A stretch of DNA of 64,000 nt from Octopus sinensis (lineage: Eukaryota): the NCBI RefSeq assembly GCF_006345805.1, contig NC_043022.1, forward strand, positions 310,001 to 374,000, written 5' to 3'. A program made the position numbers and the translations under genes. A model generated the notes under the pieces. That model saw only the letters and a list, made by a program, of their open reading frames with translations, had not been told where the DNA came from and ran no database searches. Position 1 is the stretch's first letter. The number at the start of each line of letters is the position of its first letter. Below are positions 1 to 11,399 of the stretch, one piece after another.

Positions 1-104
1 ATGATGGGTATACTGGGCTTCGTATATTTTACCCCAGTGTCACTTTGATGGCATGCTCTGCTCGCTCACTCAATAATAATAATATAATAATAATGATAAT
101 AATA

Positions 105-139
<35 letters not shown>

Positions 140-620
140 TCTTGGTATAAAAGATGGGCTACAGCAAAATTCTGCTCATACCACAAATTTGCTGTCAGTT
201 GTTTGACCTTAACAGTTGAGCATTGTCCCTTAGTGGCTGAAGATATGTGCATCTCTGATCACGAGCAGAAGTAGTGGGGGAGCATCATAGCCATGTGTTG
301 AGAGGGATTCTTTGGGGTTTGAATAGTTCACCTCTGGAACATGGGTGGTTCTTTCAACATCCTTAAACAACCCTTATTCAGGGACCGTTTGAGCGGGATG
401 GGCTACTCAACCTGAAGAAAATTCTAACTGGGCCCCACCTGCAAGGTCATGTGCTGTTTATCTTGATATGAGATCACCATGTCGCGCACATATGGTTGTG
501 ATGCATGTGCCTGCTGTACCTTTATCAGACGGGTAGTCATGATGGGTATATTGGGCTTCGTATATTTTACCCCAGTGTCACTTTGATGGCATGAACTGCT
601 CTCTCACTCAATAATAATAA
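1..620 (+). mobile_element. Interspersed repeat with (AAT)n tail, tandem copies (3' end of one copy at 1-70, copy at 139-620); further copy at ~13420-13860
   Basis: Same sequence ending ...ctctctcactc-AATAATAAT at 1-70, 480-620 and 13700-13830; flanked by (AAT)n. Confidence 0.7.
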
Positions 621-1134
621 TGTTAGGGAGTAAATCAAAACTTACAGGGAAAAATTAGATTTACGTAGAATTAAATCTAATTTTACAGTATAAATACATA
701 TATTAAATTAGAGATAAAACCACTATTAGGCAAATCAAACAGTGAAAAACATAAACCAAGACATAGAAATAAAATTAATTAATATAATATACAAAATATA
801 TAAAATATAAAATTCAAAATTTAAATTATTTAAATCTAAAGTTAAATATAAATATAAGTATAGATTACATCTTACAGCTGTAAACTTATGTTTATATTTA
901 CTTATATTTATATTCTCTTTTATATATATTCTACTTATTATACAACATTACTCTTTTATGTACACTTTTTTATGTACATTCCTTTATGTACACTGATTTG
1001 TTCTGCTTTTTTATGTTTAACCCTACAGTCTCTTATGTGGTGGTTTTAATAGTATGTGATTGAGTATTATCTGTAATTGATATTTGATTTAGATGTATTT
1101 CTCCACTTTCTTATGTTGTATATATATAATATAT

Positions 1135-1165
<31 letters not shown>

Positions 1166-1291
1166 TAATTAATTAATAAGGGTGAGAGAATTAGATCTAA
1201 TTAATAGTATATTTATTCCACACCAAGTGGCCTAGTGCTACGAGAAACCTGGATTATTATAATTTTATAACATATTATAATTTTTTCACAA

Positions 1292-1670
1292 AATAAATAT
1301 AAGAGAGTGGTCACTATATTGATCACTCTAGCACCAGTTAATCCAAAAGGTTTCAAACCACGAAAATACATGTTTCCCATGAAAGCCAGTACGACTGTTA
1401 GCTCACACGGACAGGGCAAATAAAAATAACAAAATACAGATTATTTTGGGACATTGTTTCGCTATTAATGAATTAAATGTAATATATTACATTTAATTCA
1501 TTAATAGCGAACAATTGTCCCAAATAATCTGTATTTTGTTATTTTTTTTGCCCTGTCCGTGTGAGCTAACAGTCGTACTTGGCTTTCATGGGAAACATGT
1601 ATTTTCGTGGTTGAACCTTTTGGATTAACTGGTGCTAGAGTGATCAATATAGTGACCACTCTCTTATATT

Positions 1671-1674
<4 letters not shown>
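1292..1674. repeat. ~190-bp-arm palindrome with no spacer
   Basis: Centre tgtaata|tattaca at 1484/1485; arms aataaatataagagagtggtc... and ...gaccactctcttatatttatt. Confidence 0.9.
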
Positions 1675-1708
<34 letters not shown>

Positions 1709-1987
1709 TATATATAATATACATATACATATATATGTACGTATATATATATATATATACGGACGCACATGCTCATAAAGTTGTGAGAATTCGTTCGAAA
1801 TTATAGTTTATAGTTCTTTTTCATATGAGATTTCCAGTTCTCACTTGCTTTCTTTTCGAGAATTAAGCAATGTGAAACAGAGTGAAGTGTGTAACTTTTT
1901 TAGCTTTTATTTTATTGTTCTGGGTTCGATGACTTTCGAACTTGTTTGTGGCCAATCAAATTTCAGAGGAGAATGCTGGCGATTTGT

Positions 1988-1993
1988 TATAAA
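1988..1993 (+). promoter_or_regulatory. Candidate TATA box of the EMI-EGF gene
   Basis: TATAAA ~200 bp upstream of ATG 2197; a ttacag acceptor-like site at ~2067 could instead imply an upstream UTR exon. Confidence 0.2.
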
Positions 1994-2196
1994 TGTGTGT
2001 GTTTAGTAGAGATGTGATAGAGCCAGGCCGAGTCTGCTGATGCTATCCCGCTACTGTTGTTACAGGAATCACCACAAGACAAGACAACTCCAACAAGAAG
2101 TTTGGGATATTTCTTTCGTGTTCTTTATTAACCAAATTTATTCTTTCCGCTATTATAAGTCATTCGTGTGTCAGTAAAGAAGCGGAGGACTGAGCC

Positions 2197-2459
2197 ATGA
2201 AGAAGCTTGTCTTTTTCTTACTTATTTTCGTTGTTGTTCTTTGGGAAACTGAAGGACAGTTGGTAACTGGGGGGAAGCCTTTGGTGTCGGGAGGACTGCC
2301 AGTGGGTAATGAAGAAGAGATTGTGACCGCAAAACCTTTAGAGGATGAAGAAGTTTCCGAGAGTGAAGATGTGTCAGTGACTGAAGCTCGACCGTCTCAT
2401 GATGCAGATGCAGGTAACTCAACATCGGAAGGGGAACGTCTTGCTGCGTCGCCAACTAA
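2197..2459 (+). CDS. EMI-EGF secreted protein exon 1: signal peptide (MKKLVFFLLIFVVVLWETEG) + acidic pro-region
   Basis: gccATG context; hydrophobic N-terminus; donor AA|GTGAGT at 2459/2460 (phase 2) fits phase-2 exon 5011. Confidence 0.75.
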
Positions 2460-3499
2460 GTGAGTCATTCTTTCATTCCACCCGATCTAACCTCGCAATC
2501 TACCCCGTGGGTACCTTTTGTACTGTCTGTTCTGTTATTCAAAATTTGCACTAAATATACGGTCTGGGGATTGTTAACGTTTTAGTCAAGATGGAGGACC
2601 TGAGCCGATAACACTTTACGGGACTTATAAGATTGATGGGAAGGAAGGACCCTAACCTTAAAGCTGGCAACAGAACATACTCAATGTACCTTAGTTACCC
2701 CAGTATTTATAATGCCATGATGAGGCACTTACAGAGACGGGAGAGAGAGACAGGCCATTGGACTCCTTATTTTTAGCCATTTATGAACACTGTCCTCATC
2801 AAATTCAGTTTGTATGTCCCACGAGGGTGTGACCAAATCTGTCTTTTGGTGTCATGAGTACAGCTTAAAATCCTTTTTCTTGAGTACGCACTCTTTGTGG
2901 TAAGGCAATTTGACGTCTATTTCTAGCGTATAAGAATCCACTTTAGTGGTCATTCACCTATTAATTGTAATACAATTTTTAAATCTTCAGATTTTTTTAA
3001 TATGATAGACCACTGGTTTAAATTGATGTTAATTGATTGATATCAAGTTCTACCCTCAGTATTTTAATTTAAAATAGCAATATTCTAAAACCAGTGAATT
3101 AACTGCGGAAATTTATTATCTGCTTGGGTTGTTTTCCGGCACTAGTGCGCCAAAATGAACACATTTGAAAAATACCACAAATATATTTTGTAGAACTGTG
3201 CAAGAGTTTTCTTTCGGGAAAACGTTTTTGTGTATAGTTCTGTATAATATGTTTTGAAATACGACAGACTACGCTGAGGATTTACAGATACTAGCATCTT
3301 GCATTTTGTAAGCATTAATAATGAAATCATGGTACAAAGGTAATCGTTTTATTTTGTCAATTTTCGTTTGCCTTTGGTTATTTTTTTACATTTTGACGTT
3401 TGCTGGTTTTTTTCTTGAGAACACACTCTTTGTGGTAAGGCGATTTGACGTCTATTTCTAGCGTATAGGAATCCACTTTAGTGGTCATTACTCTTATCA

Positions 3500-3690
3500 C
3501 TTATATATGATAGATCGGTAGCCACTACACACATTTTTTCTCTCCTTGTTTTTTTCTGTGTCCCTTTCTGTAGAAGAGCGTACGCTCGAAACATAAAAGA
3601 CTTTTTCAATTCCAGAGCGTAATACTAATACATCTGTTTGTTTTCTACACCACCTGTCTTCGTCTTTTATTGTTGTTTTTTTCGTGAACT
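3500..3690 (+). mobile_element. Penelope-like element terminal repeat fragment with hammerhead-like motif
   Basis: ctttCTGTAGAAgagc-gtac-gctcGAAACataaaag at 3564-3599, followed by (TA)n. Confidence 0.45.
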
Positions 3691-3705
3691 CTCGTTATAT
3701 ATATT

Positions 3706-3771
<66 letters not shown>

Positions 3772-4317
3772 CGTATCTATGTATGATGCCTATATATTTA
3801 TAAAGAGATTGCCTTTCATCCTTACAGGGTCGACAAATTAAGTACCAGTTACGCACTGGGGTCAATGTAATCGACTTAGTACCTTTGTCTGTCCTTGTGT
3901 GTCCCCTCTATGTTTAGCCCCTTGTGGGTAATAAAGAAATACATATATAAAGAGAGACAGAGACAGACAGACACACTGACTGATTGACAGACAGACAGAC
4001 AGACACACTGACTGATGCAGATATGGCTGTAGAATACAGATCTATGTGTCCGTCTCTCACTTGTATACGTGTGCTTCTCTCACTACCTCTACCTGTTTTT
4101 CTCTCTAGACACGAAAGCAAATGTGAGATTGAAGACGGGTGTTACATAAAAGAAACAAGAGACTCGCCGCACCCCTGCTTCCTCTCTGTCTGTGTCTCAC
4201 ACTCCATGTCTCTGTATCTCTCACTATAACCCCTCCTTCTCTCTCTTTCTCTAGTTGTATATGCGTGTCTCACTCACTACCTGAACCTCTTTTTCTCTCC
4301 TTCGAAAAAATTCATGA

Positions 4318-4635
4318 GGCGCAGGAGTGGCTGTGTGGCAAGTAGCTTGCTTATCAACCACATGGTTCCGGGTTCAGTCCCACTGCGTGGCATCTTGGGC
4401 AAGTGTCTTCTACTATAGCCTTGTGAGTGGATTTGGTAGACGGAAACTGAAAGAAGCCCGTCGTATATATGTATATATATATATATATGTGTTTGTGTGT
4501 GTGTTTGTGTGTCTGTGTTTGTGCTCCCTAGCATTGCTTGACAACCGATGCTGGTCTGTTTACGTCGCCGTCACTTAGCGGTTCGACAAAAGAGAACGAT
4601 AGAATAAGTACTGGGCTTACAAAGAATATGTTCTT
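4318..4635 (+). mobile_element. tRNA-head SINE family A (gcaggagtggctgtgtgg...gggttcagtccc); other copies 18566-18745(+), 23499-23915(+), 32658-32992(-), 48930-49160(-), 56040-56195(-)
   Basis: Multiple near-identical copies in the window; box A/B-like motifs; internal (TA)/(TG) tract. Confidence 0.8.
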
Positions 4636-4686
4636 TTCGTAACATATTTCTACTACATATATATATATATATATATAATACAATGT

Positions 4687-4985
4687 GAGGCGCAATGGGG
4701 CCCAGTGGTTCGGGCAGCGAACTCGCGGTCAGAGGATCGCGGTTGTTTCGATTCCCAGACCGGGCGTTGTTTGTGTGTTTATTGAGCGAAAACACCTAAA
4801 GCTCCACGAGGCTCCAGCTGGGGGTGGTGGTGACCCATGTTGTACTCTTTCGCCCCAACTTCCTGTTTTTTTTTTAGTAACGCTGCGTCCCATCCAGCTG
4901 GGGAACACATACGCCACAGAAACCGGGAAACCGGGCCCATGAGCCCTGCTAGGCTTGAAAATGGCGCATAAATAAATGTATGTAT
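4687..4985 (+). mobile_element. tRNA-head SINE family B (gaggcgcaatggcccagtggtt...ttcgattccc); copies 7735-8040(-), 19100-19395(-), 50035-50255(-), 53990-54195(-), 55714-55960(+), 56531-56810(+), 61555-61772(-)
   Basis: Recurrent sequence with tRNA-like box A/B. Confidence 0.78.
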
Positions 4986-5010
4986 AATTGCTATGTTGTT
5001 TGTTTTCCAG

Positions 5011-5100
5011 GAGAACGTGTAAAGTGAGTTGTGATAAAATTCTGGCGTACAAGAAACTACAAAGAGTAAAGTGCAAGTGGGGAACGTGTATAAGATACAG
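5011..5100 (+). CDS. EMI-EGF exon 2: (K)RTCKVSCDKILAYKKLQRVKCKWGTCIRY(S), N-half of EMI-like domain
   Basis: tttgttttccag| acceptor, |gtaaaa donor, 90 nt, phase 2-2, open Cys-rich frame. Confidence 0.75.
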
Positions 5101-5823
5101 GTAAAAACAAAACTACTCATTCCGGCCTTTATACATTTCCAAACAGAGTAAACATTCAGTACAATGGCATCCACAATAACATAATATCCTAAACTCGCAC
5201 CAATTATTCCCGCCTTTTCAGCTATTTTGGAACTTTTATATAAACATTCCTATTTATTTTATTTATTTCTTTATTTGCTCATATAAGGTCACAAATCAAA
5301 TTCAGAAGTTAATATTCTGGTTTTATTTTATATTTTAAATCTCTGTTTCTTATTTTCTGTACACAGAACATAATTTACATTATATATACGCTTAAAAGGT
5401 ATCTGATATTTGTGTGAGGGTATATATATGCATATATATATATATTGATAAAAACGGTAAAATAAAAGAAAGAAAGAGCCTCGATATTATGTAAATAGAG
5501 GGATTTATATATATATATATATATATATAATTCATCAAAAAGTGGCAGCATATTAAAATACATTTAAAGGTTTAAATGATAAACATCTTATAAACAAGAG
5601 CAAAAGAAAAATTATTTCCATGCCAATATTCTGATAACAGACTTTAAAATCGTCAGTTTCCATATATTATATACCACTACCAGCACGAAATCTCCGGACA
5701 ACCCAATATATATATATATATATATATAACAAATGGTTCATATTTGGTTGATTAAAAATCGGCACGAACTTTCGGGACAACCCAGTATATATATATAATA
5801 TATATATATAATATATTATATAT

Positions 5824-6150
5824 ATATTGGGTTGTCCCGAAAGTCGTGCCGATTTTATAATCACCAAATATGAACCATTTTGTTACAGAATGCGTCTCCA
5901 TCTCTCCTTTAACTTGAAAATACCCTCTTCCCAGAATTGGGGTGGTTTCATAGCAAAGAATTCATCAAGGTATCTTTTTACGTCATCCAAGGAATTGAAA
6001 TTTTTACCATTAAGACTATTCCGCAGAGACCTGAAGAAGTGAAAATCCGAAGGAGCAACATCTGGTGAATAGGGAGGGTGGGGTGACACATCCCAGCCGA
6101 GCTGCAGCAATTTTTGTCTGGTTCCTAAAGCATCATGTGCCGAAAATGAA
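5824..6150 (-). mobile_element. Mariner transposon relic: transposase C-terminus + one TIR
   Basis: ORF 5883-6110 has HPPYSPDVAPSDFHFFRSL (mariner YSPDLAPSD motif); TIR tattgggttgtcccgaaagtcgtgccgatttt next to (TA)n. Confidence 0.88.
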
Positions 6151-6540
6151 CCTTCTTATATTCCATTTTAAAGGGTTACAGAATTAACACAGGTTATAGG
6201 AACATAAACCTTCTTCCACGAAAAGATAGCTTAGACTGTGCTCTAAATGGAGGTGTAGTCAAATCCTATTTTATGGACTCAATCATTTTCTAAAATAAGT
6301 CGAAAGGTAAGCTGCTAGTAAATATATTTCGTTTTTGGATTTGGTTTGCAAGATTCTTTATGTGATTTCGTGTGTTGAAGCATGTTTTGTTGTGTCAAAA
6401 CTATTGAAAATGTTGCAAGATGCAACGTAAATTTTAGAAAATGAAGGAAGAAATGAGGGGAAATTTTACCGGTGAGTCTGTTAAATTATAAGGCACTAAA
6501 AGAGAATGACACTCCCCAGACACAATCGTGTATGTATGTA

Positions 6541-6621
<81 letters not shown>

Positions 6622-6675
6622 TAAACCATATATATATATATATATACATACACCACACACACACACACAACACAC

Positions 6676-6734
<59 letters not shown>

Positions 6735-6749
6735 AGAGAGAGAGAGAGA

Positions 6750-7065
6750 TGCGCCGAATTCCCACATCTTTCCATCATACCAATGCAAAGATTCAATCTC
6801 AGTACAAGAACGTCTAAACAAGGAAAACTTGTTCATACAGAAGTACAGACCACGCCTTAATATTCAAACGTGACCACTTCAAAACTTATTCTGAGGAGTT
6901 ATTTGTCCTCCTTGCCACCTGTTAACTCCCTCAGTTCACTCTCTAGACTCATTCTTATTTTTCAAGCATCCAAAATGGCGAGACCCCTTTGTCACAAGAA
7001 TTGATTACTTTACAATATCCCTTGAAATGTTAATTTAAATAGCGAAAACCGGTTGGATATCACTA
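6750..7065 (+). mobile_element. Penelope-like element 3' end: GIY-YIG C-terminus-like ...[21 protein letters not shown]-stop plus terminal repeat
   Basis: Peptide read at ~6805-6872 resembles the E-x-x-x-I-x-x-x-x-P-x-L-N end of GIY-YIG endonucleases; hammerhead-like fold at 7015-7060. Confidence 0.5.
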
Positions 7066-7172
7066 CATCTATAAAATATGTATATATTTTTTTTTAATTT
7101 CTTTATAAAAAGATAATGAACTATGTGAAACGAAGGCATTTCTCTTCCACTTTTTATGTTTTCCATCTATTT

Positions 7173-7233
<61 letters not shown>

Positions 7234-7239
<6 letters not shown>

Positions 7240-7670
7240 GAAGGTTTGAAAATGCAATTTTAAAAGATGTTTATTCACTTGACCGGTTTCACTCTTTTAG
7301 AAAAAGATTGTCAAAAGTAAAATGCAAAAGTTTTGTAAAAACTGTTGTGTTAAGTACTGGTTGTCACAAAATATTACAATACATATATACATTCTTTGAT
7401 AATAATAAGAAAATATCAAAGAATGTATATATTTTCAATGAACTTTTTAATATTTTCACAAGATTTTTCCTTGTAATCTGTTTTAACATTTTCTTATTAT
7501 TTTCAAAGAATGTATATATGTATTGTAATATTTTGAGACAACCAGTACCTAACACATCAAAGTTTTTACAAAACGTTTGCATTTTACTTTTGACGATCTT
7601 TTTCTAAAAAAGTGAAACCGGTCAAGTGAATAAACACCTTTTAAAATTGCATTTTCAAACCTTCTTTCAT
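7234..7670. mobile_element. MITE/foldback element with ~170-bp TIRs in (TA)n
   Basis: Left gaaagaaggtttgaaaatgcaattttaaaag... is the reverse complement of right ...cttttaaaattgcattttcaaaccttctttc; the same TIR recurs at 9040-9125. Confidence 0.8.
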
Positions 7671-8039
7671 ATATATATTTCCACTCGTGCAGTATATTAC
7701 AATTTCACTTTGTGATATATATATATATATATATATATCACATGACCAACCAGGCCATCAGATGTTGCTACACATCACTGGTCACAATGCGCTTCGCTTT
7801 GTTTTATCCTTCAAATGACGCCACCCCGCTGGCTAAGCGAGTAGGCTGACAGAAGAAAGAGTGAGAGAAAGTTGTGGCGAAAGAGTACAGCAGGGATCGC
7901 CACCATCCCCTGCCGGAGCCTCGTGGAGCTTTGGGTGTTTTCGCTCAATAAACACTCACAACACTCGGTCTGGGAATCGAAACTGCGATCCTACAACCGC
8001 GAGTCCGTTGCCCTAACCACTGGGCTATTGCGCCTCCAC

Positions 8040-8129
8040 ATATATATTATATATATATATATATATTATATATATATATATATATACATACATACATGAT
8101 ACATACATATATATACATATATATATATA

Positions 8130-8187
<58 letters not shown>

Positions 8188-8246
8188 TATATATATTTAT
8201 ATGTATATATATATATATAATATATATAAATATATATATATATAAA

Positions 8247-8277
<31 letters not shown>

Positions 8278-8337
8278 AATATATATATATATAAATTATA
8301 TATATATAAATATATATATATAAATATATATATATAA

Positions 8338-8400
<63 letters not shown>
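8040..8400. repeat. Long interrupted (TA)n microsatellite (similar tracts at 1125-1165, 1675-1760, 3695-3780, 6540-6735, 7175-7235, 43915-43970, 45565-45670)
   Basis: Direct inspection. Confidence 0.95.
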
Positions 8401-8401
<1 letters not shown>

Positions 8402-9377
8402 CAAAGTAGAGTTGTGGGGTCCCGCACGAGTGGAATTATATACGAATTATATACTGACCTGTCCGTTTTAGGAGGAGAAATCATTGATGCTTGAAGGAGA
8501 GACACAAAAAAAGAAAAAGGGTAAATTCTTTTCAGTTCCACATTTCTCCTCCTAAAACGGACAGGTCAGTTTTAGCTTCACCACTATTATAATGTAAATC
8601 TTTTTGAACTCATAATATTCTGTACGTGTATACTGAACTTTTTTAATAATTCCTTCTGGAAATTATCTTGAGATGTATAATGTATTTGTTGTAATCTTTT
8701 GTGCCCATTATTTCAATGAGCTTGTTAAACTTTTTTATATTCTCAACATGCTCTTGTCACCAAATAATGTATATTTATATGGATTGTAGTACTCTGTGTC
8801 AACCAATATTCTGTGCATGTTTGAATATACAGATACAATACCAGTATCAATTCCTTCTGGAAACTATCTTAAGCATGTCCTTGAGAACGATCATTTATGT
8901 AGTAATCTTTTGTGCCCAATATTTTAAGGAACTTGTTGAACTTTTTTATGTCCTTAACATGTCCCTGTTACCAAAGACTGTATATATGTAATGTAGCAAT
9001 TTGCAACAACCAATAATTAACGCAACCAAACTTCTACATGTTACTTTTGACAATCTTTTTCAAAGAGTGAAACCGGTAAAGTAAATAAATATCTTTTAAA
9101 TTGCATTTTCAAACCTTCTTTCGAATATATATATATATATATATATATTATATCTATATATATATATATATATAATATATATATACTAGCTATTCCACGT
9201 TTTCCAGTTGAATATTGCATCCATTACTATTGCACCAGCTAAGTGTGCCGCTAAGATGTGTGCGCATGCATGTTTGCTTCTGTGCTTGCGTGCTTGCGAG
9301 CGAGCATGTGTGTGTCTGAAACTGTTATCACTGTGTTCTGTTTATTCTGCTATTTTATTATTCTTTTTCTCTAACAG

Positions 9378-9454
9378 TACCAAATACAGGAGAATTCCTT
9401 CGATCTGTATCAGATGTTGTAAAGGATGGACTGGCGTGCCTGGAAGGTGCAGAG
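9378..9454 (+). CDS. EMI-EGF exon 3: TKYRRIPSICIRCCKGWTGVPGRCR, C-half of EMI-like domain
   Basis: ttctttttctctaacag| and |gtaagg; 77 nt, phase 2-1; CCxGW is the EMI C-terminal motif. Confidence 0.8.
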
Positions 9455-10571
9455 GTAAGGAATATAAGTTCAATACTGACCAGATGTTACGTTTTTATAT
9501 TTTATGCTCTAGCAAGTGAACAATAGCGTCGTTGTTTACTTACATTTTGATATTTACGTGCGTGAAGAGAAGCGTCGTTTTTGCCACTTTTGCTATTTTG
9601 ATGTTCTGTACAATGTACAATTACTTTCCCTGTTTTTGTTTAACTTGCTTGATAATTTCCAGCCTAATTTCCGATGAATTTTCCTTTCGGCCTGTCTTCA
9701 TTTCTAGAATTGAATTAGCTTCCACTTCAAGGAAACGTATCATATATCCTCAAAAATCCGAGTTAAGCATAATTCCCGAAATTTCAAAACCGATGTTTGT
9801 CGGAATGATGTTGAAATCCTTCCTACTGCAATTGACAATAGAATACCTCTATATGTGTTCTTCATAGAGGAATCTAACTTCGACAGAGCCATAGAATATG
9901 GCTCTGTCGAAGTTAGATTCGGATCTTTTCCTTTTGAAGGCCAGATTTCAACACAATTTCTAGTTAACTAAACACTTTAAAACTTCGTATATTGGTAGAA
10001 TATATCAAAAGGAAACATTATTTTCACTTGGCTTTCTTGATAATTTTGTAATTCGTTTGTTTAAAGTAGTTTAATTTTTCGAATTTTAACCAATCCTATG
10101 CTCTCTTTTGAGCTAAAATCATTTGCTGCGTCTAAAACTGAGACAACATCCTGTAACTAACCCTCACCCTCCCCCTAACCCTAACCCTAATTTTTTTTCT
10201 TAATGGTTAAATTAATTTAATTGTTACGCGTGTAAAAAAAAATAAAGCAATGGAAAATAATTTAAACAATTACCATACAAAATGATTCTATAATTTTTAT
10301 ACACACGCTTTCCGTATACGTATGGAAAGCGTGTGTATAAAAGTTTCCCTTGGATAACATCGGTGGCACGGAGAGGGGAGGCTGGTATGCATGGGTGACT
10401 GCTGGTCTTCCATAAACAACCTTTCCCCGGAATTGTGCCTGGGAGGGTAACTTTCTCGGTGCAATCCCATGGTCAGTGTCGTGACCGAAGGGGGTCCCGA
10501 CCGACCGGATTCCCTTTATAAGTGAACTTCTCAGAACAGAATAAAGGCATAAAATTGACAAGAACATAATC

Positions 10572-10780
10572 AGGCGGTGAGCTGGCAGAATCGTTAGCAC
10601 GCCGGATGAAATGCTTAGCAGTATTTCGTCTGCCGCTACGTTCTGAGTTCAAATTCCGCCGAGGTCGACTTTGCCTTTCATCCTTTCGGGGTCCATTTAC
10701 GCACTGGGGTCGATATAATCGACATAATCCGTTTGTCTGTCCCCTCTGTATATAGCCCCTTGTGGGCAGTAAAGAAATAA
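10572..10780 (+). mobile_element. tRNA-head SINE family C (ggcggtgagctggcagaatcgttagc...gagttcaaattcc); copies 3805-3940(+), 20735-21112(-, two), 29850-32070(-, ~9), 54490-54910(-, two), 56270-56440(+), 60205-60425(-)
   Basis: Recurrent sequence; box A TGGCAGAATCGTT and box B GTTCAAATTCC. Confidence 0.82.
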
Positions 10781-10782
10781 GA

Positions 10783-11385
10783 ACACAATCAGATGACTTA
10801 AAACCCTATGGTAAATACGATAATGTGCTTGAAGGGCTATTATGTACAGTGAAAGCATTCAGTGATGACATCGGGATGGAATTTGATTTTGATAAATGTG
10901 ACAAAGCCACTTTCCAAGAAAGGAATTCGAAGACCTCGCTTTGGTGTTAGATGCTGACACAAAAGACCTTGATCAGGAACAAACTTACAAATACTTTGGA
11001 ATAAATTAGGGCTCTGGTATACAGCATGCAAGCATGAAAGAAACGGAAAGACGAGAAAGTTTGAGCAGTTGTAATATCTGAATTAGTCGCCCGCAACAAG
11101 GTATTAACCATTATTTCCTTGGCAGTTCCAGTTGTTATTTATAGTTTGAATGTTTTGAACTGGAATATCAGCGAAATAAAGAAAATTGACAGCAAAATCA
11201 ATAAGATGCTGACTTGCAATAAGACACCCCCCCCCCAAAGGCAGACGCAGATCGTTTTTAACTTGTCAGAACTCTAGAAGGTCGTGGCTTGATCCAATTT
11301 GAAATCTCCTACAAAGTCATCACAATCGGATTGGCCAAATATCTTGAAAAATCTAACGAATTGATTTGCGTTGGACAAAACACAT
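10783..11385 (+). mobile_element. Degenerate R4/Dong-type LINE RT fragment
   Basis: DDLKPY..TVKAFSDDIGMEFDFDKC..QTYKYFG..LAVPVVIYS..GRGLIQ, collinear with the LINE at 14420-16970; many frameshifts. Confidence 0.75.
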
Positions 11386-11399
11386 CGCTAAAATCACTC

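Noticed and set aside
2197-2463. Stand-alone 88-aa secreted peptide
   Set aside because: The stop codon lies inside a consensus donor (AA|GTGAGT) in phase with exon 5011, so it is better read as exon 1
4318-4790. tRNA genes at box A/B-like motifs
   Set aside because: They are heads of multi-copy SINEs; no full cloverleaf could be drawn
6496-8541. Many ORFs of IYIYIY type (also 3638, 24437-25567, 36642-37284, 45456)
   Set aside because: Translations of (TA)n, (TATG)n and (CA)n microsatellites
10160-10190. Telomere-like (CCCTAA)n
   Set aside because: Only 2-3 units inside a repeat-like region; not a telomere or a meaningful interstitial array
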